From a virus, in IMG/VR virus record IMGVR_UViG_3300020469_000011, positions 1 to 64,000 of that record: a DNA stretch of 64,000 nt; one strand, 5' to 3'. Below the pieces are notes generated by a model that was given only the letters and a program-made list of their open reading frames with translations, made no database searches and had not been told where the DNA came from. Each line of letters starts with the position of its first letter. Positions within the stretch are counted from its first letter, which is position 1. Below, one piece after another: positions 1-9,730 of the stretch. The position numbers and the translations under genes are program-made.

Positions 1-1
1 T

Positions 2-88
2 GACACTACAAATACTGATTATCAAGAATACTTAACGTGGCTTGCAGAAGGTAATGAACCAGAACCAGCAGATGAACTAGAAGAATAG
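2..88 (+). CDS. 3' end of small tail-associated protein (truncated at window start)
   Basis: Frame 2 reads DTTNTDYQEYLTWLAEGNEPEPADELEE*, resembling the NTDYQEYLxWLAEGNxPEP C-terminal motif of small phage tail-region proteins. Confidence 0.6.
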   Translation, partial: DTTNTDYQEYLTWLAEGNEPEPADELEE

Positions 89-96
89 TATAAATA
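89..96 (+). promoter_or_regulatory. T4-type late promoter TATAAATA
   Basis: Exact gp55 consensus directly upstream of a tail fibre gene. Confidence 0.65.
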
Positions 97-145
97 TATT
101 ATAATTTTAAATTCTATAATAGGAACTATAAATGGCTCTTGAAAC

Positions 146-1105
146 ATGAGTGGAAGAATATTTTTAGATGAAATCTATAGTAAAGATGGTCAAAACAAAG
201 TATTAGATACAAAAAGTTTTGATGCTAATAATAATTTTGAAGCCAGCAATACTGGATTCAATTTAAACTATCAAAGTGCAAATACCGCATTGGTTATAAA
301 TCAAACAGGTACCGGTGATGCATTACATGTAAGTAGCACTACATCAGATGTATCTGCAGCAGCAGCATCTAGAAATCCCATAGCTAGTTTTAGAGGTGGA
401 AATGATAACAATAGATTAGATGTATATGTTGACAACAGTGGTGGAACAGCACATATGGGCTTGGGTGCATACAATCTGGCAGGAGGAGCAACTGAATTAG
501 GCTTTTACACAGGCGGCAGTGTTAATAAACAATTAACAATTGATAGTAATGGTTACATTCTAATAGATAATGCTACAAATAAAAATGTATCAACGTCCAC
601 TGGATTTTTCTTTGGTGCCGGTTATGCAACATTTAATCTTACTAGTTCTAATGATTATAAAGTAAGATTTAATGACAATGAATCAACTGGAAGTACAGGT
701 GATACGATTGGATTTTATAAAAATTCTACTCTTGTTGGGAGTATATCAACATTTACATCAAGCACAGGTTACAACACTTCATCTGATTATCGTATTAAAG
801 AAAACATAACAGATATTACTGATGGAATAGAAAGAGTAAAACTTTTAAAACCATCACAGTTTAATTTTATCGTAGAACCAAATATTACTGTGGACGGTTT
901 TATTGCACACGAAGTTTCTGATATTGTTCCTCTTGCAGTAACCGGAGAGAAAGATCAAATACATGAAGATGGTAGTATCAAACCACAAGGTATAGACCAA
1001 TCAAAATTAGTTCCATTGTTAACTGCAGCATTACAAGAGGCAATTGACAAAATAGAAGATTTAACTACTAGAATTGAAGCTCTTGAATCAAAAACAACAC
1101 CATAG
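146..1105 (+). CDS. tail fibre protein with C-terminal Peptidase_S74 (intramolecular chaperone) domain
   Basis: G/S/T/N-rich body, then SSDYRIKENI...GFIAHEV...DQSKLVPLLTAALQE plus a coiled-coil end. Confidence 0.85.
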   Translation: MSGRIFLDEIYSKDGQNKVLDTKSFDANNNFEASNTGFNLNYQSANTALVINQTGTGDALHVSSTTSDVSAAAASRNPIASFRGGNDNNRLDVYVDNSGGTAHMGLGAYNLAGGATELGFYTGGSVNKQLTIDSNGYILIDNATNKNVSTSTGFFFGAGYATFNLTSSNDYKVRFNDNESTGSTGDTIGFYKNSTLVGSISTFTSSTGYNTSSDYRIKENITDITDGIERVKLLKPSQFNFIVEPNITVDGFIAHEVSDIVPLAVTGEKDQIHEDGSIKPQGIDQSKLVPLLTAALQEAIDKIEDLTTRIEALESKTTP

Positions 1106-1113
1106 TAAGTTAA

Positions 1114-1329
1114 TTAAAAATATTCTACAAGTTGATCATAACCTCCTATAGATTTACCGTCAATTTTAATTTGAGGAAAAGTTCTCGCATTTGGAAACAA
1201 TTCAAACATCTCTTCAGCACTAAAATCTTTTCCTAAAGATTTATAATCATAATCTAAATTTTTTGATTCACACAATTGCTTTGCTTGAACGCATTTAATA
1301 CAAGAATCTTTTCCAAAAATTTCTATCAT
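1114..1329 (-). CDS. nrdC: glutaredoxin (NrdC-like)
   Basis: CIKC redox motif, ARTFPQI and IGGYDQL. Confidence 0.9.
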   Translation of the reverse strand: MIEIFGKDSCIKCVQAKQLCESKNLDYDYKSLGKDFSAEEMFELFPNARTFPQIKIDGKSIGGYDQLVEYF

Positions 1330-1574
1330 TCCACAACTTCAACTGTTGGTTGTTTTGTGTCACAAACACTGAGTTCAATCAACTTCATACCTAAGATGTG
1401 ATAAGCCCAGTAAAGTCCACGATTTTCTCCTGTGAACTTTGACCAGATTGAGTTTTCAAAAATTATAAAATCAGTTCTAGTGCCTGTCCATTCTAAAGCT
1501 TTAAATTCTACCTCCCAATTTTCAGATAAACTAAACTTAAATGAGAGTATTATTTTATCTAATAAGCTTTTCAA
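1326..1574 (-). CDS. hypothetical protein
   Basis: 82-aa ORF in a tightly packed minus-strand run. Confidence 0.5.
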   Translation of the reverse strand: MKSLLDKIILSFKFSLSENWEVEFKALEWTGTRTDFIIFENSIWSKFTGENRGLYWAYHILGMKLIELSVCDTKQPTVEVVE

Positions 1575-1575
1575 T

Positions 1576-1851
1576 CTATCCCTTTACTAAATAGTTTTTA
1601 TATTTTTTTCGTACAAAAGAATATTTGTTTGAAGTTCTTTCTACGATTTCTGGTTTTGTTTTAAATTTTTCTTTATACTTATTCAAAAAGAATTCGGCAT
1701 CAGTATCTTCTTCTAAGTAAAGAAAATCAAAATCAACATAAGAATATTCTGTAAAATGATTTTGATTTAAATTCATATCAGTTAAAGTCTGTCTGTCTAC
1801 ACGTAACCAAGCATGAGAAGGATCTGAAAACATATAAAATTTCTTTTTCAT
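1576..1851 (-). CDS. conserved phage hypothetical protein
   Basis: DPSHAWLRV...YSY...YLEEDTDA motif pattern. Confidence 0.6.
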   Translation of the reverse strand: MKKKFYMFSDPSHAWLRVDRQTLTDMNLNQNHFTEYSYVDFDFLYLEEDTDAEFFLNKYKEKFKTKPEIVERTSNKYSFVRKKYKNYLVKG

Positions 1852-2183
1852 AGCGAACTTCCTTTATCAAAATAATCATAAAAAACATCAGATGATGACT
1901 TATATTTATTAACCTTTTCAGATAAAGGTTTTTTATAAACATATGCCATTAAGCCATTAACTGGATGGTCAACTACATGCAAATCTCTATATTTTCCAAA
2001 CGTACTTTTAGTAATTGTTACTTCTCCTTTAGTTAAATAATTTTTAAGTGTCTCAATAAACATAGGAACTTTTAAAAGTTTTCTAATTTTAAGAAGCTTA
2101 TCAATTACATCCTCAGTAATAGTAACTTCATGAAAACTTTCAAGATAATTTAATTCATCTCGCAAAACCATCTGTTGATTCAT
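1848..2183 (-). CDS. hypothetical protein
   Basis: 111-aa ORF with start/stop overlap to the neighbouring gene. Confidence 0.5.
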   Translation of the reverse strand: MNQQMVLRDELNYLESFHEVTITEDVIDKLLKIRKLLKVPMFIETLKNYLTKGEVTITKSTFGKYRDLHVVDHPVNGLMAYVYKKPLSEKVNKYKSSSDVFYDYFDKGSSL

Positions 2184-2558
2184 ATATCAGGCACTTCAAG
2201 TATTGTTTCTAAAACAGCCAATAATACAAATATTACTACCATAAACACAAGCCATATAAGAAAATTTCTAGCATCGTTCATTGTAGAAAACCTACAATTC
2301 CAATAGCAAAAATGGAATTGAATAAAATAAATCCTGCTATTCCAATAATAATATCAAATTCTTTCATTATTCCTCTTCTTCTATTTCTTGATCATATAAA
2401 GTTGCTAATCCAATACCTGCTAAACCAATAAGTATTAGACTAGAAAAAGCTATGGCTGGCAACAATACTAAAAACCAAGAAGTTTGTAATATTCCACTGA
2501 CTTTTAGTATTATCAAAAAGAAAGTTACTCCCCAAATCATTTGAATCTCTATGATTGT

Positions 2559-2990
2559 TTAAGAAGTGTGTCCAAGTGCTCTTCCCCATGAACGCAAATT
2601 TGTCCATTGGGATTTAGGAATGGCATAACAAATAGCATCTTCAATAGTTTTTGCAAGAACTTTTTCGGGACAATCTTTAGTACGTGCATAACGAATTGTT
2701 TCCACACCCTTTAGTTGTGAGTGTTTTCCTTCAATATATTTATAAAGATCAAATTCAGCAGTAACAGGCATACATGCTGTTGGACCTGGAACACAAACAA
2801 ACGCAACCATTCTCCAAACGTATTTTGCTAAATGGTCTGAAGTTGATTCTCCCTTCGGTTTACTTTTACGAATAGAACCATTTTTTAGAATCATCTTAGA
2901 AACAACGTCCATTGCAAGAAGAAACTGTTCTTCTGAAAGAGTTTTGTTAAGAGTTTCGGTAATCTGTGCAAGATTGGCTTTAGCTGACAT
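2559..2990 (-). CDS. hypothetical early protein
   Basis: 143-aa ORF with GGAG RBS, downstream of an early promoter. Confidence 0.6.
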   Translation of the reverse strand: MSAKANLAQITETLNKTLSEEQFLLAMDVVSKMILKNGSIRKSKPKGESTSDHLAKYVWRMVAFVCVPGPTACMPVTAEFDLYKYIEGKHSQLKGVETIRYARTKDCPEKVLAKTIEDAICYAIPKSQWTNLRSWGRALGHTS

Positions 2991-3059
2991 AATCTACTCC
3001 AAATTAGGCATACATGATATAAATTGTCATGATTAAAATATCCAGCAACACTACAATCG

Positions 3060-3323
3060 CTACCATACTTTTTTATCTCCCAACCATTCGTTGTAGGAAT
3101 AACCAGCATGATATGCTTCAATCTGCTCAGATGTCATATCAGATTCAAAAACTTGAGTTCCACGAATTTTTGAACCACCTTTCCAATAATTTGGGGATTC
3201 GGGTCGGTAATAATAACTATCGCAAGTGCCTACGTCAAATGGAGAACCATGAGAATCATCGTACTTCTCTTTGATTGCTTCCATTTGTTTGTGCTGCTCT
3301 TGAGTCAACTTTATTATTTGCAT
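3060..3323 (-). CDS. conserved phage hypothetical protein
   Basis: HGSPFD..DSYY.R..MT..QIEAY.AGY..NE..GDKK pattern; first gene after the conserved early promoter. Confidence 0.65.
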   Translation of the reverse strand: MQIIKLTQEQHKQMEAIKEKYDDSHGSPFDVGTCDSYYYRPESPNYWKGGSKIRGTQVFESDMTSEQIEAYHAGYSYNEWLGDKKVW

Positions 3324-3398
3324 GATTTTTTCCTTGGGATTGGGTGTCTCTCAACATGATCAGATCATATCAGATGGAGAAGAAATGTCAAGGGAAAA
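3324..3398 (-). promoter_or_regulatory. early sigma70-type promoter cassette, copy A
   Basis: TTGACA (3391-3386), 16 nt, TATGAT (3369-3364) with TG extension; near-identical to the copies at 45261 and 45811. Confidence 0.8.
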
Positions 3399-3428
3399 TT
3401 CGGATTATTTTTTGGGAGGGGTAATATT

Positions 3429-3932
3429 TCAACTTACTGATTTTTCAAGGATTTTTATGACTCTACGAACTTTTTCTTCTACCATGAATAATTTTTCTTC
3501 TGTAGAATATTCTTTTTCTTCTTCAACCTGTTCTACAGTTTTTATATGCATAAAATCTTTGAAATATTGTTCATTTGAATCAAAACAAAACATTAATTTA
3601 AACGTGCCTGCTTTTTCTGGATCAGGATAATTTAATCCATAAATGTAAGTTTGTAATCCTTCTTTTTCAAGATAGTAACTTTCATATTCATGTGAGAGCA
3701 TATTACTCAAACACTCTCTTGATAATTCAAATGCTGTAGCTTGAATTTGTTTAGGAGAAGGTACAGCATTTAATGAACTCCATTTAATATCCATCACTTT
3801 ATGAATATCATGTAATTTTTTAAAATTTATGTTTCTTACAGCATTAGCAATTAAATCGTTAAAAACAAATTTAAAATCTTGATTATCAATGACTTCGGTT
3901 TTCCTTTCCTCTATATCCATCAATTCATACAT
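3429..3932 (-). CDS. hypothetical protein
   Basis: 167-aa ORF, operonic. Confidence 0.55.
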   Translation of the reverse strand: MYELMDIEERKTEVIDNQDFKFVFNDLIANAVRNINFKKLHDIHKVMDIKWSSLNAVPSPKQIQATAFELSRECLSNMLSHEYESYYLEKEGLQTYIYGLNYPDPEKAGTFKLMFCFDSNEQYFKDFMHIKTVEQVEEEKEYSTEEKLFMVEEKVRRVIKILEKSVS

Positions 3933-4320
3933 TTTTGGTTTCTTCTATTAATTCTTCTATTAAGACAACTGCTTTTTCTAATTCATGAAAATTATTATTC
4001 GTAAAACAGTAATAATAAATGTAATCAAGTATGGAGGCTATTTTTTTATTTTTTTCATTTTTTAGTATCTCAAGAAGAGCATCCATAAGCCCTGGATAAA
4101 TTCTATCTGGAAAAAAATTATGTGTATATGGATTTTCTATTTGCCGCTTCAAATACCAAATTGCTTTTTCTAAATCGGTCACTCCATTTTTATGTTGATA
4201 ACGGTATATATATTTGAAAGCATTTCCTAAACAAAAATTCATATATTCAACTATGTCTATTGCTTCTACACCAGATGGATGGGAATTATAATGCACAGGA
4301 TGATCAACTAGTTCTGTCAT
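3925..4320 (-). CDS. DUF3310 family protein (T7 gp1.7-like putative nucleotide kinase)
   Basis: VDHPVHY..GVEAIDI..FCLGNAFKY.YR..KNG..DLEKAIWYL. Confidence 0.85.
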   Translation of the reverse strand: MTELVDHPVHYNSHPSGVEAIDIVEYMNFCLGNAFKYIYRYQHKNGVTDLEKAIWYLKRQIENPYTHNFFPDRIYPGLMDALLEILKNEKNKKIASILDYIYYYCFTNNNFHELEKAVVLIEELIEETKNV

Positions 4321-4487
4321 GAAAACACTCTATATTTTTTACCATCAATTACTTCAATTCTACGAAAACGAATAGAAGAGGATTGCCGAACATTCTCTTC
4401 TACACCACCAGTTTCTAAGAATTGAACTTGACCTGCTCTCAGTTCGGCATTGAATTGATTTGATCCTGCTTTTGATTTGTTTGACAT
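4317..4487 (-). CDS. small hypothetical protein (56 aa; not in ORF track)
   Basis: MSNKSKAGSNQF...DGKKYRVFS*, ATGA-coupled to the next gene. Confidence 0.5.
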   Translation of the reverse strand: MSNKSKAGSNQFNAELRAGQVQFLETGGVEENVRQSSSIRFRRIEVIDGKKYRVFS

Positions 4488-4496
4488 AATATAATC

Positions 4497-4847
4497 TCAC
4501 TTATAATTTTTTTGAAAACCTGTTGGAAGATAATCTGGACCTGTCCAGCTAATATGATATTCTTGATAAATGTTACCTCTTGCTTTATTTTTAGCAGGAG
4601 TTGCCCAACTTGCTGCTAATAAAATATCACCTTCTTGAAATCTATCATCACCCATAGAAATAAAAGAATGTACTCTTTTATGACCATTACGATCACCAGA
4701 AATTACTTTAATATATTTTTTTCCTTTAGCGTAGTGTAAACCTTCGTTAAATTCTTGTTTCATTTGAGAACTTGAACAAGTTTTTTCATAATCTATTTTA
4801 ATATTTTCAAGATAAATGTTTAAAGCTGATTGCATTTTAAATGTCAT
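4497..4847 (-). CDS. conserved T4-like phage early protein
   Basis: GKKYIKV...VHSFI...GDILLAASWATPAKNKARGNI motif. Confidence 0.7.
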   Translation of the reverse strand: MTFKMQSALNIYLENIKIDYEKTCSSSQMKQEFNEGLHYAKGKKYIKVISGDRNGHKRVHSFISMGDDRFQEGDILLAASWATPAKNKARGNIYQEYHISWTGPDYLPTGFQKNYK

Positions 4848-4896
4848 AATTTTTTTCCCTTGAAAAAATATCTAAAGTATTTGTTTAACTCCTAAG

Positions 4897-4930
4897 ATCT
4901 TATCAGATTTTTACAAAATGTCAAGGGATT
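4897..4930 (-). promoter_or_regulatory. early sigma70-type promoter, copy D
   Basis: TTGACA (4924-4919), 16 nt, TAAGAT (4902-4897); same CCCTTGACATTT...TCTG context. Confidence 0.7.
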
Positions 4931-4936
4931 TTTTTG

Positions 4937-5131
4937 TCAATCATTTATTTTTCTTTTAACTAACTGTTTTATTATGTGTTTTCTTTTATTTTTGCTATAA
5001 GTATGCCATTCATTTATCTCTTCCATACTTCTATTACATCCAATACAATGTGTTAATTCACTGTTAAATCTACATATTCTTCGGCATACTTGTTTTTCTG
5101 CTTCGTTATAAGCAGGTATACCGTTTTTCAT
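4937..5131 (-). CDS. DUF1289 family putative Fe-S protein
   Basis: CxxxC...CIGCNRSMEEINEW. Confidence 0.8.
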   Translation of the reverse strand: MKNGIPAYNEAEKQVCRRICRFNSELTHCIGCNRSMEEINEWHTYSKNKRKHIIKQLVKRKIND

Positions 5132-5520
5132 TATGGATTTAGTTCATTCTTTTCATTAATATAATGAGCAAACCAAGAATCTGAATTAAAACTTTTATCA
5201 CATATATAAACATCAAAATGTGGTTTAGTTCCTACAGATAGACCATGATATTTACATCCCCAACTTTTTAACTGTTCTCTTGTTTTATCTTTCCAATCTA
5301 TATTAGACCTTGCACCTCTTGCAGTCCAATAATGAATTGTATGTCCTTCATCATATAGTTTGTTGATATGTTTTATTCTTTCCATAAAAGGTTTAGCTTT
5401 CATGTAATCTTTTTTATTTTCTACGTTTTCTCCTGCTCTTTTGCGAGAAAGTTGCATTTCTATATCTTCATCGGAAATTTCACTACAGATAGTTCCATCT
5501 ATATCTACATAAATGATCAT
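5131..5520 (-). CDS. HAD-superfamily hydrolase
   Basis: IYVDIDGTIC motif I, WTARG motif II, KP..DVYICDK. Confidence 0.8.
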   Translation of the reverse strand: MIIYVDIDGTICSEISDEDIEMQLSRKRAGENVENKKDYMKAKPFMERIKHINKLYDEGHTIHYWTARGARSNIDWKDKTREQLKSWGCKYHGLSVGTKPHFDVYICDKSFNSDSWFAHYINEKNELNP

Positions 5521-5894
5521 AATTTTTTCTCACGATAATTTTTGATTGCAGCTTTTATTGCATCTTCAGCTAAAACAGAACAGTGGATTTTAACTGGCGG
5601 AAGAGACAATTCTTCAACAATATCACTATTTTTAATCTCAAGTGCTTCATCAACAGTCTTGCCTTTAACCCATTCTGTCGCAAGACTAGAACTAGCAATA
5701 GCACTACCGCAACCGAATGTTTTAAATTTAGCATCAATTATTTTATCATCTTCAACTTTTATTTGAAGTTTCATAACATCACCACACTCAGGTGCTCCAA
5801 CTAAACCTGTACCCACATCTTCATCATCCTTTGGAAGACTTCCAACATTTTGTGGATTATTGTAATGATCTAATACTTCTTTACTATAAGACAT
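5517..5894 (-). CDS. iscU: Fe-S cluster scaffold IscU
   Basis: YSKEVLDHY.NP.NVG, GAPECGDVMKLQ, FKTFGCGSAIASSS, LPPVKIHCS. Confidence 0.97.
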   Translation of the reverse strand: MSYSKEVLDHYNNPQNVGSLPKDDEDVGTGLVGAPECGDVMKLQIKVEDDKIIDAKFKTFGCGSAIASSSLATEWVKGKTVDEALEIKNSDIVEELSLPPVKIHCSVLAEDAIKAAIKNYREKKL

Positions 5895-5907
5895 TTTATT
5901 TTTTTAA

Positions 5908-6105
5908 TTAATGGTGAACAACAAATTTTACTATGCTGTATTTAATATCATCATATTCTTTTGTTTTTTCAGATTCTTTTTTATACCTTTCTGCAGCTTC
6001 AATGTTTGAAAATATAGCAGATACTCCACTTACTCTTTCGTATTGATTATCATATTCCCAAATTAAAACATATACTACATTATTATTTTCCATAATTATA
6101 TCCAT
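5908..6105 (-). CDS. hypothetical protein
   Basis: Small operonic ORF. Confidence 0.45.
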   Translation of the reverse strand: MDIIMENNNVVYVLIWEYDNQYERVSGVSAIFSNIEAAERYKKESEKTKEYDDIKYSIVKFVVHH

Positions 6106-6608
6106 AAATTACGATAATATTTACCAAAAAGAAAAAGACCATTATTTAATCTTTCAATTTGTTCTTGATTAAGTTTTAAGATATCATCTTTTTTAACTTC
6201 AGAAAAAGAGAAAATCATTTCATCCATGACGTAATTCCATCTTTCTATTAGAATATCATTTTCAGTTTCTGCAAATGTAGAATCATCCTCAACTTTTAAC
6301 TCATCTGGTACATCATCATTTGAAACAAGAGGAATTGACATAGTATTATCATTTTTAAATTTTACCAATGCAGGATGAATAATTTTAGATAGTTTATAAT
6401 CTAAACTATAAGTATCATCTCTGTCAATTTTTACATAATCAAATCTTGTTTTTTGCCAAAACCAATTAAAAGCTTGACAGAGTGTATCATTTATTTTAGT
6501 AAAAATGTTATAAGTAGTTTCATTAATTGTTTTATTTTCAAAAGCTTTCTCAATACTATCGTAGAAAAAATTAACATAAGAACGATAGCCACATAAATAA
6601 ATTTTCAT
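6096..6608 (-). CDS. conserved phage hypothetical protein
   Basis: VKID..DTYSLDY.L..II.P.L...W..VMDEMIFSF...GL.LFGKYYRNLW. Confidence 0.65.
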   Translation of the reverse strand: MKIYLCGYRSYVNFFYDSIEKAFENKTINETTYNIFTKINDTLCQAFNWFWQKTRFDYVKIDRDDTYSLDYKLSKIIHPALVKFKNDNTMSIPLVSNDDVPDELKVEDDSTFAETENDILIERWNYVMDEMIFSFSEVKKDDILKLNQEQIERLNNGLFLFGKYYRNLWI

Positions 6609-7549
6609 TAAGCACCATCTCTGTTATATTGTTCAACTGTTCCAAGTTCTTCATACTCTAGAGGTAGATTTTTTACATTATCTCTACCTGTAATAATCAT
6701 CATACCAATACCACAATTGAAAGTTGCTCTCATTTGATAACTATCTAATCCTCCTCTTTCTTGTATCCATTCAAATAGAGATTGATTAGAATAAAATCTA
6801 TCAACTGATTTCCATGCAACTTCCATAGTACTCGGCAGCACACGATTTATATTATTAAATCCGCCGCCAGTAATATGCGCCATTGCTTTGACTTCAATTT
6901 TATTCTTTTTTAAATACTCTATTTTATCATTATAAAGGTAAGTTGGTTTTAATAATGAATGTATTAATTTTGAATCAGTTTCTTCATCAATTAATTTACG
7001 TATCAGACTAAAACCGTTACTATGAACACCACTACTATGCAATCCTAAAACTACATCTCCTTCTCTAATTTTATGTTTTATTTGTTTTGTTTTTATACCT
7101 ACTCCAAATCCACACACATCAAAATTTTCACCAGTAAACATTCCTGGCATTTCGGCAGTTTCTCCGCCAATTAATTTTACACTTATTGATTTACATGCAT
7201 TATGTATACCATTCAATATTTCTCTATAATCTGATTCATCTAATGAATTTGTCGCAAAATAATCCATAAAAAATAATGGCGTTGCTGATTCACATAACAT
7301 GTCATTAACAACCATAGCTACACAATCATAACCAACACTCATCATAGGACGTTTAAATCTTTTTTTAGCTTCCTTTGCCAAAATAGTTTTAGTACCAACA
7401 CCATCACAACTCATTACAAGGTCATAAAAAGTACGTCCTGGTAGTTTACATGTAGCAGCAAATTTACCTATTTGATCTGAAAATCCGCTGATATTTTTTA
7501 CAAGTTCATCAGCTAATTCTGTGTTTACTCCTGAAGATTTGTAATCCAT
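6608..7549 (-). CDS. purM: AIR synthetase
   Basis: YKSSGV, DGVGTK, DCVAMVVND, GGETAEMPG, SSGVHSNGFSL, AHITGGG, TFNCGIG. Confidence 0.95.
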   Translation of the reverse strand: MDYKSSGVNTELADELVKNISGFSDQIGKFAATCKLPGRTFYDLVMSCDGVGTKTILAKEAKKRFKRPMMSVGYDCVAMVVNDMLCESATPLFFMDYFATNSLDESDYREILNGIHNACKSISVKLIGGETAEMPGMFTGENFDVCGFGVGIKTKQIKHKIREGDVVLGLHSSGVHSNGFSLIRKLIDEETDSKLIHSLLKPTYLYNDKIEYLKKNKIEVKAMAHITGGGFNNINRVLPSTMEVAWKSVDRFYSNQSLFEWIQERGGLDSYQMRATFNCGIGMMIITGRDNVKNLPLEYEELGTVEQYNRDGA

Positions 7550-7551
7550 TT

Positions 7552-8169
7552 TTACCTAGATAAAAAAGTATTTAATATTTTGTAACCGTCTTTGCTTTTA
7601 TGATATTCTTCAAAAGCACGTTCTGGATGAGGCATCAATCCAAGAACATTACCTTCATTGTTATATATACCAGCTATAGCATGTAAACTTCCATTTGGAA
7701 TAGGTGGCTTATAACGCCAAGCTACTTCAAAGTTAAAATGGTCTTTGTCATTACAATAAAATTGTCCGTCTCCATGTGCAATAGGCACCGTGATATATTT
7801 CAAATGATTGTCATATAATTCCACTTCTCTACATATAAATTTTAAAGTATCATTTCTATTTAAAGTACCTGGTAATATTTTACGTTCACATAAAATTTGA
7901 AATCCATTACAAATACCTAAAATTTTTCTACCGTCTTTAGCATATTTTTCTATATCATTCATAACTGGACTTAGACTTGCTAATTTACCAGAACGTAAAT
8001 AATCTCCATAACTAAATCCACCCGGTAAAACATACATGTCTAGTTTGGGAATGTTTGATTCTTTATGCCATATTGTAGTAACTTCAAACTCTTCGTATGT
8101 ATTTAAAAATTTTATTGTTTCTTGGTCACAGTTAGAACCAGGAAAAATTACTACTCCTACTTTAAACAT
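7552..8169 (-). CDS. purQ: FGAM synthase glutaminase subunit
   Basis: FPGSNCD, LPGGFSYGDYLRSG, GICNGFQIL, PIAHGDG, MPHPER. Confidence 0.96.
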   Translation of the reverse strand: MFKVGVVIFPGSNCDQETIKFLNTYEEFEVTTIWHKESNIPKLDMYVLPGGFSYGDYLRSGKLASLSPVMNDIEKYAKDGRKILGICNGFQILCERKILPGTLNRNDTLKFICREVELYDNHLKYITVPIAHGDGQFYCNDKDHFNFEVAWRYKPPIPNGSLHAIAGIYNNEGNVLGLMPHPERAFEEYHKSKDGYKILNTFLSR

Positions 8170-8170
8170 A

Positions 8171-9730
8171 TTACCTTATTAATCCAATTACACCAATAAC
8201 AGGAGTTGGCATAATATTATCAAAATAAATTCCTTCTGTAGAATTATAGAAACTAACATTTCCACTCACAACTGGAAAATCTAATTTCTCACAGATGCTT
8301 TTCATTCCCTCAATAGTTTCTGAAAATTCATACATGATGTGAGACTCTTTAGGATTTCCAAAATTCAAACAATTTGTTAAAGCTATTGGTTCTGCACCAA
8401 CATCTTTTAATTGATTATAAGATTCTTCAATGCAATTTTGTATTCCTTGTTTTGGATTTTGATAACAAGCATAAGGATCACTATTTGTTGTCATTGCTAA
8501 GTATTTGTCTTTATTAGTAATTTTAACAATAGCAACCGGCTCTCTAATTCCTTTAACCGTATTTCCTTGAACTTGACTATCAAATTGATCCCAAACCCAA
8601 TTCATATCAAAATCCATATCTATTTTTGGATGTGCTTTTTCACGATGTCTTTTTTCTTTCCAATTATTTTCTTCATACTCTAATATATTCAACGGAATAT
8701 TACAACATATTTTATTATCTTTATAAACAATAAAATGCTTGTCATCAATTAATTTTCCTATTTCTACACAATCTAAATCCCATTTGTCAAATATATCAAA
8801 AACTTCCTCATTTACATTTTCATCAAGAACAAATAACATTCTCTCTTGACTTTCACTTAATAATATTTCCCAAGGTTCCATACCTTTTTCTCTCAGCGGA
8901 ACTTTGTCTATGTGTATTTCAATACCTAGATTACCTTTAATTGCTATTTCTGTAGTTGAACTAGTGAGTCCTGCTGCTCCCATATCTTGTGCTGCAATAA
9001 CATAACCTGTTGAAAATAGTTCTAAACTTGCTTCTAGTAAGAGTTTTTCAAAAAATGGATCACCTACTTGAACAGTAGGTCTTTTATCTTCTTCTCCACT
9101 AAAAGTTTCACTTGCCATTGTTGCACCACCAATACCATCTCTACCTGTTTTTGCACCTACATAATAAACAGTTCCTTTTTTGGCAGGTTTACTAATAAAG
9201 ATTTGTTTATCAGTATAACCAACACACATTGCATTTACTAAAGGATTTCTTTCATAACAATCAGCTAAAGTTATTTTGCTACTTACTGTAGGAACACCTA
9301 CACAATTGCCGTAATTACTTAATCCTCCTACAACACCTTCAATAATATTTTTTGTTTTTGTAATATTAGGAGAACCGAAATAAAGACTATTCAAATTTGC
9401 AATAGGTCTACATCCCATTGTAAATATATCTCTCATAATTCCACCAACACCAGTCGCCGCACCTTGAAAGGGTTCAATATAACTTGGGTGATTATGCGAC
9501 TCCATTTTAAAAGCTACTTTATCACTCTCACCAATGTCAATAACTCCTGCATTTTCGCCAGGACCATATAAAACATTTTTATTATGAATATAAAGTTTTT
9601 TTAATAAATTTTTAGAAGATTTATAACTACAGTGTTCTGACCACATTGCATCAAAAACTGCCAACTCCGTTTGACTGGGAACTCGCCAGAGCCTTTTTTC
9701 TATAAGACGTATCTCTTCTTTAGCTAACAT
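8171..9730 (-). CDS. purL: FGAM synthase subunit PurL (short form)
   Basis: MWSEHCSYKSS, ESHNHPS, GAATGVGGIMRD, QDMGAAGL, LSESQERM, NCLNFGNP, SGNVSFYN; likely start is MLAKEE at 9730. Confidence 0.93.
   Translation of the reverse strand: MLAKEEIRLIEKRLWRVPSQTELAVFDAMWSEHCSYKSSKNLLKKLYIHNKNVLYGPGENAGVIDIGESDKVAFKMESHNHPSYIEPFQGAATGVGGIMRDIFTMGCRPIANLNSLYFGSPNITKTKNIIEGVVGGLSNYGNCVGVPTVSSKITLADCYERNPLVNAMCVGYTDKQIFISKPAKKGTVYYVGAKTGRDGIGGATMASETFSGEEDKRPTVQVGDPFFEKLLLEASLELFSTGYVIAAQDMGAAGLTSSTTEIAIKGNLGIEIHIDKVPLREKGMEPWEILLSESQERMLFVLDENVNEEVFDIFDKWDLDCVEIGKLIDDKHFIVYKDNKICCNIPLNILEYEENNWKEKRHREKAHPKIDMDFDMNWVWDQFDSQVQGNTVKGIREPVAIVKITNKDKYLAMTTNSDPYACYQNPKQGIQNCIEESYNQLKDVGAEPIALTNCLNFGNPKESHIMYEFSETIEGMKSICEKLDFPVVSGNVSFYNSTEGIYFDNIMPTPVIGVIGLIR

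Noticed and set aside
2891-3630. Overlapping ORFs 2891-3121(-), 3029-3274(+), 3322-3630(+)
   Set aside because: Shadow frames of better-supported genes or of the promoter cassette. The similarity of 3322(+) to 45675(-) (DQII.DG.EMSR) is only the antisense reading of the repeated promoter.
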